Shown: in pieces, positions 39,943 through 48,728 of the stretch | How the letters are laid out: every line of letters starts with the position of its first letter | Numbering within the stretch: the stretch's first letter is position 1 | NCBI GenBank assembly: GCA_905373475.1 | Contig: CAJPTC010000008.1 | Location: 490-64,489, forward strand | Reading direction: 5' to 3' | DNA from: Bacteroidia bacterium | Lineage (GTDB): Bacteria; Bacteroidota; Bacteroidia; Bacteroidales; CAJPTX01 | DNA: 64,000 bases | Made by a program: the position numbers and the translations under genes | Notes under the pieces: model-generated | What the model was told of the DNA's origin: nothing | Databases searched by the model: none | The model's input: only the letters and a program-made list of their open reading frames with translations

Positions 39943-42900
39943 TTAATGTATCCGCAGACCGAAGACAATCACATCGTCTGTACGACTCCCCTGCCCCTGC
40001 CACTCAAGAAGGGTCTTACTCAGAATATCGTACTGTTCTGCCATATCCTTTTCGGCGATTTTTGCTAACAGCTCCTTGAAATTCTTTATCATGAACTTCC
40101 GATTCTGTGGCCCGCCGAACTGGTCTACATACCCATCGGAGAAGGTATAAAGCACATCGCCTGGCTCCAGATCTACCTCAACGCGCGAGAACGGAGTTTC
40201 TCCCTTAAGGTATATCGCAATAGGCATCTTGTCGGCTTTGTACTGTATTACTTCGCCCTTCCGAATAATAATCAGCGGATTATTTGCACCCGAGAACTCA
40301 AGCTTTCGGTTCTTCTCATCCAAAATGTAGAGTGCAATATCCATCCCATCCTTGTTAGAACCTATCTGGTCTGTCTGTTTCAAGCTTTCTATCACAGCCG
40401 CACGCAACCGATTTAATACCTCGTCGGTGTGTACCTCGTCTAACGAATCGACAACTTGATGCAAGAAGGTAGCCCCCAGCATACTCATAAATCCGCCAGG
40501 CACACCATGCCCCGTACAATCGGCAATGGCACAGATTTTCTTCCCATTTAGTTCACGCATCCAGTAGAAGTCGCCACTCACTACATCGCGCGGGAAGAAC
40601 AGTAGGAACGAATCATTGAAGAGCTCTCGTACTGTCTCCATCGTAGGTAGCACAGCACGTTGTATTTTGCTCGCATAGTTAATACTATTCAGAATCTCTT
40701 TATTCTGCCCCTCAATACGCTCCTTTTGCGCCACGACCTCAGCAGTACGCTCGTTTACAAGAATCTGCAAGCGTTTCTTTTCAGCAAGTACTCGGCGAGT
40801 ATTTAGCACAACAATACCCCAGACTAAGAGACAGAGCAGAATGAAATAGAAGATGTACGCCCAAATCGTACGATAAAACGGCGGATCTACCGTAAAACGA
40901 TACGAGGCAATATTCGATTCTACTCCGTAAAGATTCCTCGCACGCACCTGAAACTCATAACTCCCTGGTGAGATGTTCATATAACGGATCTCGGGTTGAG
41001 CTTCCCACTTTGTCCAATCGTCGCCACTATTCCGCAGACGATAGCTATATAGCATCCCCTCTCCCTCAAAGAAATCCGTCCCCACTTCAAATGCAATAGA
41101 GTTCTCACGATAGGGTAAATGCAACTCTCTTTCTTCAGTCTGTTCAGTCAATACACGGTACACAGAATCAATCAGTGTATAGTGCGTACCGCCAAAGAGA
41201 ATCGAATCTGCACGGATAGCATGTACCTTGCGCACAAAGCTTCTGAAAGGATGTTCGTAGTCTCGATTCTGCGAGAGGTCAAAATTGTAGAGACTCGCAC
41301 CGTAAGTAAACCAGATACTCTTGTCGTCATCCCAATAGATTTTGTCGCACCACTGATGCGGTAAGCGGGCATACGGCTTGGTATCTTCGCCCGAGAGATT
41401 GCCTTTGGCATCGAGCAAACTCATCGCAATGTAATACTCCTGCGTCTCTGCATTGAGACGCTGCGCCACAACTCTATTCCGCATCCCTGCTACACGCGAG
41501 AGGTATTGCGGCTTACTATCGGCATCTACGCGCAAAAGGGTATCACGCTGCCAATCATAAGCCATAAGCCCATGTTCTGTACCTATGTAAGTCTTCTCGT
41601 TTAGGAAAAAGACCTCGTTATTCACCATAGTCGGCAAACCACAGTGTTCGTCAATATGGCGAAGGTCTGAAGCCTCGCCGCCTCGTAGCTTTAAAACATA
41701 GACTCCATTGGTTAAAGTACCTATCCACAGATTGTTATCGAAATCGCAAACAAGCGAACGCACTTCATCATTTATCTCATTCTGAAAAAGCTGCGTACGT
41801 GTCCAAGTTCCATTATCTTTTTGATACAAACGCACAACCCCCGACGGTGTCCCTACGTAGAGCGTACGTGCATCGTCTCGCGTATCGCACAGCACAAAGC
41901 CCCCAAACTGTTGGTCGTGATCGCTATAAGAAAAGACCGAAACTCTATTATCCTTTATGCTATAAAGCGTGTTCATCCCCAAACCGAGGAGTATTCTACG
42001 TCCAGAGATAGGATCATAGTATGGATGAAGATCCCAAACGGGTTGATTTGCTCCTGCAAGCGAAACAAACTGCCATACCCCTTCCCTGTATTCAAGACGT
42101 TGTACCCCCGACATCGTACCTATGTACAATGCACCGTCAAAGCGTTGTACATCCAGCACTGCACCGCTCACACCATTTGTTTCATCAAACTTACGTATAG
42201 CAGACTGCTGTTCGATTTTCGTTATCCCATTATTTTGCGATAACCACAAAGAGCCGTCGGTTGTATGCAGATGATCCATCGCAAACGGATCGGTAAGCCC
42301 ACTAGACACACCAGCCGTATAAACGACACCACCTTTACGGTTCAACTCTACGTAAGCTATGTCTTCCGAGAAGATGAAACCTACCCCGATATTGCCATTC
42401 GGGCAAAGTCGCAACGAATAGGGTACTGCTTCCTCCTCGCGCAACCTTTGGATTACTACGCCGCCCCAGTTTTGTGGCAAAGCGTCTACTTGCCCTGTAT
42501 TACGCGAGAGTATGTAAAACGTACATTTATTGGTAGCTAATAGCACAGAATCTGTGCCCAGCGGTATCATCCCATAAATTTGGCGCTCGGGGATTTCCTC
42601 GGAAAAGCGCATTACAAGCGGCGAAAAATCGCGTCCTGCAAAGCGAAAAACTGTGTCAGAGAAAGTGGATACTGCCACCTCGTCGTCCCACTGAAAGGAA
42701 AGGAAGGCATGCACAGTAGGAAAACGGAACGTTTGAAGTTTACGCTCACTTTCGTTGTAGGCAAATAGGTAGGAAGTAGTACAAAAATAGACGGTATTGC
42801 CTATCGTATAGGTTTTATAGACATCGCTAAACGAGGGCATATTCTCACCAAGCAAACTGGTAAGGGAATGATAGGTCAATTTACCGTTTTTATCGGGCAA

Positions 42901-43245
42901 AAGCCGACCGAAATCGCCTACAAGCCCTACATAAACCACCCCCGACTCGCCCACAGACAACGAACGAACAATCCGATTTTCGGTCACAGCAATTCGACGC
43001 CATCTCTCTCCGTCGTACTCTAGTACTCCGCCTTCATTGTTCCCAACGTATAAAAGTCCACGCTGATCCTGTACAATAGCCCAGTTCTGCTCACTCCCCT
43101 TGTATTCCTGCGACTTAAACCAACGGAACAACAAATTGCCATGCTCACGCCGCTCTGCTCCCGAGACAGAGGAACTCCAGAGGGTGAGAAACAAAAAGTA
43201 CAGCCCCAAAGCCAGTACTTTACCAAAACGCTTTTTCAACAACAT
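39943..43245 (-). CDS. Periplasmic beta-propeller/Y_Y_Y sensor fused via one TM helix to a PP2C/SpoIIE-type serine phosphatase
   Basis: It has Reg_prop-like repeats, a Y_Y_Y block (YSYRLRNSGDDWTKW...GSYEFQVRARN), a TM helix (IWAYIFYFILLCLLVWGIVVL) and a coiled coil. The SpoIIE domain follows (SGDFYW...ADCTGHGVPGGFMS...DGYVDQ). The start is either 43245 (MLLKKRFGK...) or 43293. Confidence 0.8.
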   Translation of the reverse strand: MLLKKRFGKVLALGLYFLFLTLWSSSVSGAERREHGNLLFRWFKSQEYKGSEQNWAIVQDQRGLLYVGNNEGGVLEYDGERWRRIAVTENRIVRSLSVGESGVVYVGLVGDFGRLLPDKNGKLTYHSLTSLLGENMPSFSDVYKTYTIGNTVYFCTTSYLFAYNESERKLQTFRFPTVHAFLSFQWDDEVAVSTFSDTVFRFAGRDFSPLVMRFSEEIPERQIYGMIPLGTDSVLLATNKCTFYILSRNTGQVDALPQNWGGVVIQRLREEEAVPYSLRLCPNGNIGVGFIFSEDIAYVELNRKGGVVYTAGVSSGLTDPFAMDHLHTTDGSLWLSQNNGITKIEQQSAIRKFDETNGVSGAVLDVQRFDGALYIGTMSGVQRLEYREGVWQFVSLAGANQPVWDLHPYYDPISGRRILLGLGMNTLYSIKDNRVSVFSYSDHDQQFGGFVLCDTRDDARTLYVGTPSGVVRLYQKDNGTWTRTQLFQNEINDEVRSLVCDFDNNLWIGTLTNGVYVLKLRGGEASDLRHIDEHCGLPTMVNNEVFFLNEKTYIGTEHGLMAYDWQRDTLLRVDADSKPQYLSRVAGMRNRVVAQRLNAETQEYYIAMSLLDAKGNLSGEDTKPYARLPHQWCDKIYWDDDKSIWFTYGASLYNFDLSQNRDYEHPFRSFVRKVHAIRADSILFGGTHYTLIDSVYRVLTEQTEERELHLPYRENSIAFEVGTDFFEGEGMLYSYRLRNSGDDWTKWEAQPEIRYMNISPGSYEFQVRARNLYGVESNIASYRFTVDPPFYRTIWAYIFYFILLCLLVWGIVVLNTRRVLAEKKRLQILVNERTAEVVAQKERIEGQNKEILNSINYASKIQRAVLPTMETVRELFNDSFLLFFPRDVVSGDFYWMRELNGKKICAIADCTGHGVPGGFMSMLGATFLHQVVDSLDEVHTDEVLNRLRAAVIESLKQTDQIGSNKDGMDIALYILDEKNRKLEFSGANNPLIIIRKGEVIQYKADKMPIAIYLKGETPFSRVEVDLEPGDVLYTFSDGYVDQFGGPQNRKFMIKNFKELLAKIAEKDMAEQYDILSKTLLEWQGQGSRTDDVIVFGLRIH

Positions 43246-43299
43246 AACCACCCGACCGTAATGCAGTAGTAGTTTCCTACTGCCCAATTCCATAATGCC

Positions 43300-44781
43300 T
43301 TAACGATACAGCTGTAGAACGCCCTTATATTCTTTACCCGAGAACTCTACACCATCCCATCCCACAGCACGAATTATATAGAAATACGTTCCAACGGCTA
43401 ACGGTTCCCCCTTTCCATTTTTCCGACCATTCCAACCTTCCCACTTACGAATATCACCTTTATATTCGTAAACCAAGCTGCCATTCCTGTTCATTATATG
43501 CACCTCGAAGCTCTTCAAGGACTTCGCGTTCTTGGCTTTTTCAATGATCTGGAATACATCATTGATACCATCGCCATTCGGAGAAAAGACGTTGGGAATG
43601 GCATTCTTTGCTAGAAGCGCCGAATCTACTTTAACGTTAATACGTACCGTGTCCTGACATCCCGACTGTTCGTTGACTGCACGCAACTCCACGCGGTACA
43701 ATCCTGCTGTAAACAACTCCGAACTGGGGCGAACCTCCTCAGAAGTTCCAGCTCCTGTCATCTGATAAAACAGCGTATCCTGCCTACCGCGACGTACTGC
43801 ACGCAAATCGTTACGAACAGACCAGTGTAATTGCGTAGCATTCTCCGATTCATTCTTCATCCGCATAAAGAACGGACACTCGCCCTCTGGCGTTTCACCG
43901 CCATCTTGCCATTGTTCTGTGAGCCCGTCTAGATCTTTGTTTATTTCAATCTTCATCTTCGCCTTAACGGCAACGGGAACTAATTCGGGGGTTGATGCTG
44001 TAAACTTCTTTCCAGTACTGCTCTCAATCTCCACCTTATAGCCTATTTTTTCATACGGAGGTGGCGTTATGGGACGCGGCGCGATACCATAAACCTCAAC
44101 TGGTGCACCTTGCAGATTGAACCAATTTACCGTCTTGAAATAGGATGCACCAAAGTCCTGAATTTGGCTAACATCCTCTACCGTAAGGTCATAATAGAGA
44201 AACTTATCATAACGAATAGCATCCGCATCATAGTTAAAAACAGGTGCTAAGGTTAACCCATCGCATTTGCTTATAGAGCGTAATTCGCTAAGCGCAATAT
44301 CATCGTAAAAGACCCAAAGCGTACGCGTTAGCGTAACGCCACCGACTTTACTTTGCAGCTGGTAGCCGCCACTCTGGTTAATCACGAAATCATGCTCAGC
44401 CGCCGATACAGTTTTTACAGTCTTAAACTCCTTTGCCCAACCATCGGTTTCAAAGTGCGCTAACGTTAAATCGGAAACCAGTCCGTCAGCTCGTTTCGCT
44501 TTCAGATGCAAAGCTGTGCCAGGGGCAAGAAAACTTACGTAAATCTTATCTCGCTGCCCATCAGACCATACGTAGCGCGTCTCGCCCGTATAGTTGGGGC
44601 TGTCTAGATAAAAAGAAAGCGCCTCAGTTTGTGCAAAAACAACACGCACAGGCAGAAAAAAGAGTAACAACAATGCCACATAAACGACTCCCGTGCCAAG
44701 CAGATGAAAAGGACTTCTCTTTTCCCGCTTATGTGCACACCCCCTATATTCTCTTATCTGTTCTTTTTCCCCCATTCCCAA
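43300..44781 (-). CDS. T9SS type-B (gliding-motility-associated) C-terminal-domain secreted protein
   Basis: The C-terminus reads IPNVFSPNGDGINDVF...GTYFYIIRA...GVLQLYR, which fits the type-B sorting domain pattern. I do not recognise the N-terminal ~390 aa. Confidence 0.7.
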   Translation of the reverse strand: MGMGEKEQIREYRGCAHKREKRSPFHLLGTGVVYVALLLLFFLPVRVVFAQTEALSFYLDSPNYTGETRYVWSDGQRDKIYVSFLAPGTALHLKAKRADGLVSDLTLAHFETDGWAKEFKTVKTVSAAEHDFVINQSGGYQLQSKVGGVTLTRTLWVFYDDIALSELRSISKCDGLTLAPVFNYDADAIRYDKFLYYDLTVEDVSQIQDFGASYFKTVNWFNLQGAPVEVYGIAPRPITPPPYEKIGYKVEIESSTGKKFTASTPELVPVAVKAKMKIEINKDLDGLTEQWQDGGETPEGECPFFMRMKNESENATQLHWSVRNDLRAVRRGRQDTLFYQMTGAGTSEEVRPSSELFTAGLYRVELRAVNEQSGCQDTVRINVKVDSALLAKNAIPNVFSPNGDGINDVFQIIEKAKNAKSLKSFEVHIMNRNGSLVYEYKGDIRKWEGWNGRKNGKGEPLAVGTYFYIIRAVGWDGVEFSGKEYKGVLQLYR

Positions 44782-44819
44782 AACATTTTAACACCCAAGC
44801 CTCTATCTTGGCAAGCTAC

Positions 44820-46484
44820 TCATATTTCATGACGCCACGACATTTTTCTTGCCGCACCGCCCTCTTTTTCATAACAAGCATCGATTCGTGCACGCAAGGT
44901 AGTGTGGAAATTGAGATCTTGCAACCAAGAAGGGATAATTTCTTCCTTACTTTTAGGGCGTAAATCGTCGCGCCATTTGAAACCATAGAGCACCCTGTCT
45001 TCCTGCTGCGTCTCGGCAAGCGGGAGCATCACAGATTCCGTCGTCGTATAAAACACTGCCTCCGACGCCTCGTTGTCTACAACTTCTATCTTATAACGCG
45101 GGCTTTTAATACGATTCACCCCTATAAGATCCTCATCTTCACGCATAAAAAAGATTACGTCTCCTTCGCCCTCCATCCGAATAATGCGAAGCTTATTGTC
45201 GTAAAGATAGGCACGCATTACTAAGCCCGTCATCTGGTTATAGTATTCACCGCGATCTTGCATACCTACGAAGACCTTATCCTCAAAATGCATACTATCC
45301 ACGCCTTGCTTACCCAAGTATCCTGCTATGTGCTCTGCCGAAATCTGCGACTTACCATTCCACAAATACGGGTAAGGTTTCCCTTGAAGGGTAAAAAGAC
45401 TATCGCGCCCGTTCACGTAGAGCGTATCGCAGGCAATCTGGAAGTCGTTTCTGTAGCTACGCACCTGCCCAAGTGCCCAAATATGATAGACCGTGTCGCG
45501 CTTCACACTCCCCTGTGCTTCACGCTCCAAAGCCTCAGCTTTCACGTCGAAACTTTCGGCACGCATGTACAGCGTGTCGGGCTGCGAGCTCGCACTATCC
45601 ACTCTGTATAACATAGGCGCTTTGTCGGCTACAACGCGTCGCGGCTCAGACCAATAGAACAAATGCTCGCTATAGGTTCGATCTTGTCGAACAGAGTCCT
45701 CCAAAAGTACATGCCCTGTAGCCTCCAATGTCTTTTTCTCACTGTCTATATACAGACGATCCGAAAAAAAATGTTCGCCCTTATCACGAAAAGCTACATT
45801 GCCCCGCAATTCGGAATCCTTTGTATTGAGATTATACCATCCCTTGTTGGACAACCCAACTTGCTCAAGGCGATACATTCGGATATTTCCCCACAGATAG
45901 AGCATACCAGCATTGCTATTATACTCTAGTGTATCGCTAAAACTCCGAAGCTCCTCACCCTGAAAACGGACTTCGCCCGAGAGGATAGTCAGACTCTGAT
46001 TTGCCAAATACTCGCCTCGTAGGCTCTCCAGTTCATTTTTCTCCGAACGCATACGACCCCAAGTCGAGAAACGCACCGAATTTTCTTGCGTATCATAATC
46101 CAACACATCGCTCCAGAGGGTGTAATTCTGCACAGTATCTCGCAGCTCTACATTCCTCCCAAAGATGCGTCCTGTACCGAGCTCCCCCTCATAATACAGC
46201 GAATCGCCCACGATACGTAGTCCCTTACTGAGGATTACTACGCGACCGTAGGCGCGAAACATGTTATTTTCTTGGAAAAGATAGGCACTGTCGCAATGCA
46301 TAACAGCACCGTCGTGCTCTAACAACACATCACCTAAAAGCCGATGGACTGTGCGCTCGCCTATCTGCAAAGGTTTCATAGAGCGCGCACGCTTGATAGA
46401 AACATCTACCGAGGCTCTACAAGAGAGAATACTTGCGACCAGAAAAACAACCAGACACGTCTGTCGCAACACGTGCGCTACCAT
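44820..46484 (-). CDS. OstA-like (LptA/LptD N-terminal-like) repeat protein
   Basis: A signal peptide is followed by repeated OstA_N-like beta-jellyroll segments (GDVLLEHDGAVMHCDSAYL...). Its position upstream of the SurA-type chaperone genes is conserved in Bacteroidetes. Confidence 0.6.
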   Translation of the reverse strand: MVAHVLRQTCLVVFLVASILSCRASVDVSIKRARSMKPLQIGERTVHRLLGDVLLEHDGAVMHCDSAYLFQENNMFRAYGRVVILSKGLRIVGDSLYYEGELGTGRIFGRNVELRDTVQNYTLWSDVLDYDTQENSVRFSTWGRMRSEKNELESLRGEYLANQSLTILSGEVRFQGEELRSFSDTLEYNSNAGMLYLWGNIRMYRLEQVGLSNKGWYNLNTKDSELRGNVAFRDKGEHFFSDRLYIDSEKKTLEATGHVLLEDSVRQDRTYSEHLFYWSEPRRVVADKAPMLYRVDSASSQPDTLYMRAESFDVKAEALEREAQGSVKRDTVYHIWALGQVRSYRNDFQIACDTLYVNGRDSLFTLQGKPYPYLWNGKSQISAEHIAGYLGKQGVDSMHFEDKVFVGMQDRGEYYNQMTGLVMRAYLYDNKLRIIRMEGEGDVIFFMREDEDLIGVNRIKSPRYKIEVVDNEASEAVFYTTTESVMLPLAETQQEDRVLYGFKWRDDLRPKSKEEIIPSWLQDLNFHTTLRARIDACYEKEGGAARKMSWRHEI

Positions 46485-46490
46485 CTACCC

Positions 46491-47855
46491 TTATTGTTTC
46501 GGAGTCATTTTAGATTTCCAGAACGTATACTTGAACGGGCAGTCCGCATAACGACTGTCTACCCATATATACATATTTTTCTGCTTCTTCTCCACCCAAG
46601 CATCGAACTCCTTACGTTCCTTTTCCTGCTTGGCTAAGTTCTGCACCAACGCATAGTCCTCCTTAAGATTCATCCTGTGTGGCGGAATAATGCGTTCTAG
46701 ACGAATTACCTTCATCACCACGTTTCCCACACGGTCACGACTCTCAAAAGGAGCGCTCATTTCTCCCTCTTTCAACTCCTTAATAGCGTAGTAATCTACA
46801 GGCATCATAGTTTCCTTATCGAGAGCAGTACCTCCCGTCTGCGGATTAACGGCAAAACCGCCATTCAGACGCGTATCCTTGTCATCCGAATAGATAAGAC
46901 AAGCATCTGCGAACGTGATAGAATCTTGTGCAATGAGCGTTTTAATACTATCCAACCGTTTGATGGTGCGCGACAAGATATCGCTAGAATAGGAAGGGCG
47001 CATTAGAATGTGCCGCACATTGGCAAGTTTCCCCTTCTTACCAATCATCTGTATGAGATGATAACCATACTCCGTCTTCACAATGGGGCTTACTTGCCCG
47101 TCGTTTAATGCAAAAGCGGCGTCGGCAAACGACTTTACAAATCCCTCACGCGGCATGTACCCCATTTCTCCGCCTTTAATAGCCGATCCTCTATCTTCGG
47201 AATATGCAACGGCTAGCGTCGAAAAACGTTCACCCTTGAGGATTCGTTCACGAAGATTGAGCAACTTCTCCTTTACCTGAAACTCTGCCTCGGTAGCCTC
47301 AATAGGCGAGAGTACTAACTGACGGTAAACAAACTGCTCTGGGAGCATCTGCAAGCTATCGGGCACTTGCGATGCAAAATACTCTTTCACTTCAGACGGA
47401 GTAACAAGCACCTTCTCTATAATCTTCCCTCGCATTTGTTCCGAACGTCGCTGCTCGCTGAGCAGTTGCGACATCTCTTGTCGGATCTCAGCCAGCGTAC
47501 GCCCGTATTGTTTTTCTAGCGCTTCCTCGCTTCCTGCTTGCTGGATGTAGTGCGCCAGACGCTGTTCAATCTCTTGCGAATTGTCAAGAGACTGCTGTGG
47601 GATACTATCCAGATCGGCTTGGTCTAGAAGCATATAGTGTACCAAAAGCCCTTCCAGTACTCCACATGCCGTATTTTTTTGCACCTCGGGATTTTGAATG
47701 CGTGCACGTACCAACTCCATTTCCACATCGGAATAGAGAAGCTGCCGCGTACCTATATTAGCTATTGTACCGTCTAGCAACTGAGCATTGACCGCAACAG
47801 ATAGCCCCAAACCCAACACAAATAAAAAAGCAATTCGCTTTAAGCCCCTCATCAC
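46491..47855 (-). CDS. SurA-like periplasmic chaperone / parvulin-type peptidyl-prolyl isomerase
   Basis: It has a signal peptide, a SurA_N-like region and a parvulin domain (YGYHLIQM). Confidence 0.8.
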   Translation of the reverse strand: MMRGLKRIAFLFVLGLGLSVAVNAQLLDGTIANIGTRQLLYSDVEMELVRARIQNPEVQKNTACGVLEGLLVHYMLLDQADLDSIPQQSLDNSQEIEQRLAHYIQQAGSEEALEKQYGRTLAEIRQEMSQLLSEQRRSEQMRGKIIEKVLVTPSEVKEYFASQVPDSLQMLPEQFVYRQLVLSPIEATEAEFQVKEKLLNLRERILKGERFSTLAVAYSEDRGSAIKGGEMGYMPREGFVKSFADAAFALNDGQVSPIVKTEYGYHLIQMIGKKGKLANVRHILMRPSYSSDILSRTIKRLDSIKTLIAQDSITFADACLIYSDDKDTRLNGGFAVNPQTGGTALDKETMMPVDYYAIKELKEGEMSAPFESRDRVGNVVMKVIRLERIIPPHRMNLKEDYALVQNLAKQEKERKEFDAWVEKKQKNMYIWVDSRYADCPFKYTFWKSKMTPKQ

Positions 47856-47865
47856 CTGTGAGATG

Positions 47866-48726
47866 TTAGTTTTTGTATTTTACAATTCCCGACGCCTGTC
47901 CTTCTTTCACAATCCCCTCTTCAAGTCCGCGCAACAAATTGACTTCACGACGATTAAGGATTATGCTATGTACCTCCGAACGCACATATTCGTAAGGCGC
48001 TAATTCTCCTGCTCCCTTCCATTCTTGGAACGAAAGGAGATAGACAACACCATTATCTATAAACTCCGCAGTTCTTGCGCGGCGATTGCCGAAGGTTATA
48101 TCAACATCGGCTGGCAAATATCGCCCCAATGAGGTGAGTGGCGACCACTCTTCGGGCATTACCAAGAATTGTATTCCAGCTTTCATAGAAAGACTCGAGA
48201 GGTGCTGCATACTTTCATCCCCTTTACTCAAAGTGTAATTCTGCTTCACCTCATCGAGGTACTGACTATTCTCGGGAATGGTCAGCAACAAAACGCGCAC
48301 GATGGTTCGCTTCAGCGTAAACAGGTCGCGGTTGGCTTCATAGAAATCCTTCATTTCCACCTCGTTCACACTCGTGTCCAGATTATTACGAACATAGTCG
48401 CTTTCAAACGACTGCGTATAGAGCGCGCGACGATAGTCGGCAACGCGCCGCTCCACGGTGGGATTATCTTTTCCTATCTGTTGCTCAGCATACCTATACA
48501 AAAGCGCACTACGTACCCAGTTCTCTATATAGAGCTTTACCTCGCGCGTACTGTCTTCTATACTCTTGCCTTCGTAAACATCAAGGGGAATATCATTTCG
48601 GTACAAACGCCAATCTCCTACCTGTACCAATACGTTTTGCTCGGTAGCTGCATCGTCAGTACATCCTGTCAAAAAACAAAGAGAAAACCCTAAAAACAGT
48701 ACTACCCAAAATCTAGCGCTCGCCAT
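47866..48726 (-). CDS. Lipoprotein of the SurA/PpiD-like cluster, function unknown
   Basis: It has a lipoprotein signal (FSLCFLTGC). I recognise no catalytic motif. Confidence 0.5.
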   Translation of the reverse strand: MASARFWVVLFLGFSLCFLTGCTDDAATEQNVLVQVGDWRLYRNDIPLDVYEGKSIEDSTREVKLYIENWVRSALLYRYAEQQIGKDNPTVERRVADYRRALYTQSFESDYVRNNLDTSVNEVEMKDFYEANRDLFTLKRTIVRVLLLTIPENSQYLDEVKQNYTLSKGDESMQHLSSLSMKAGIQFLVMPEEWSPLTSLGRYLPADVDITFGNRRARTAEFIDNGVVYLLSFQEWKGAGELAPYEYVRSEVHSIILNRREVNLLRGLEEGIVKEGQASGIVKYKN

Positions 48727-48728
48727 TT

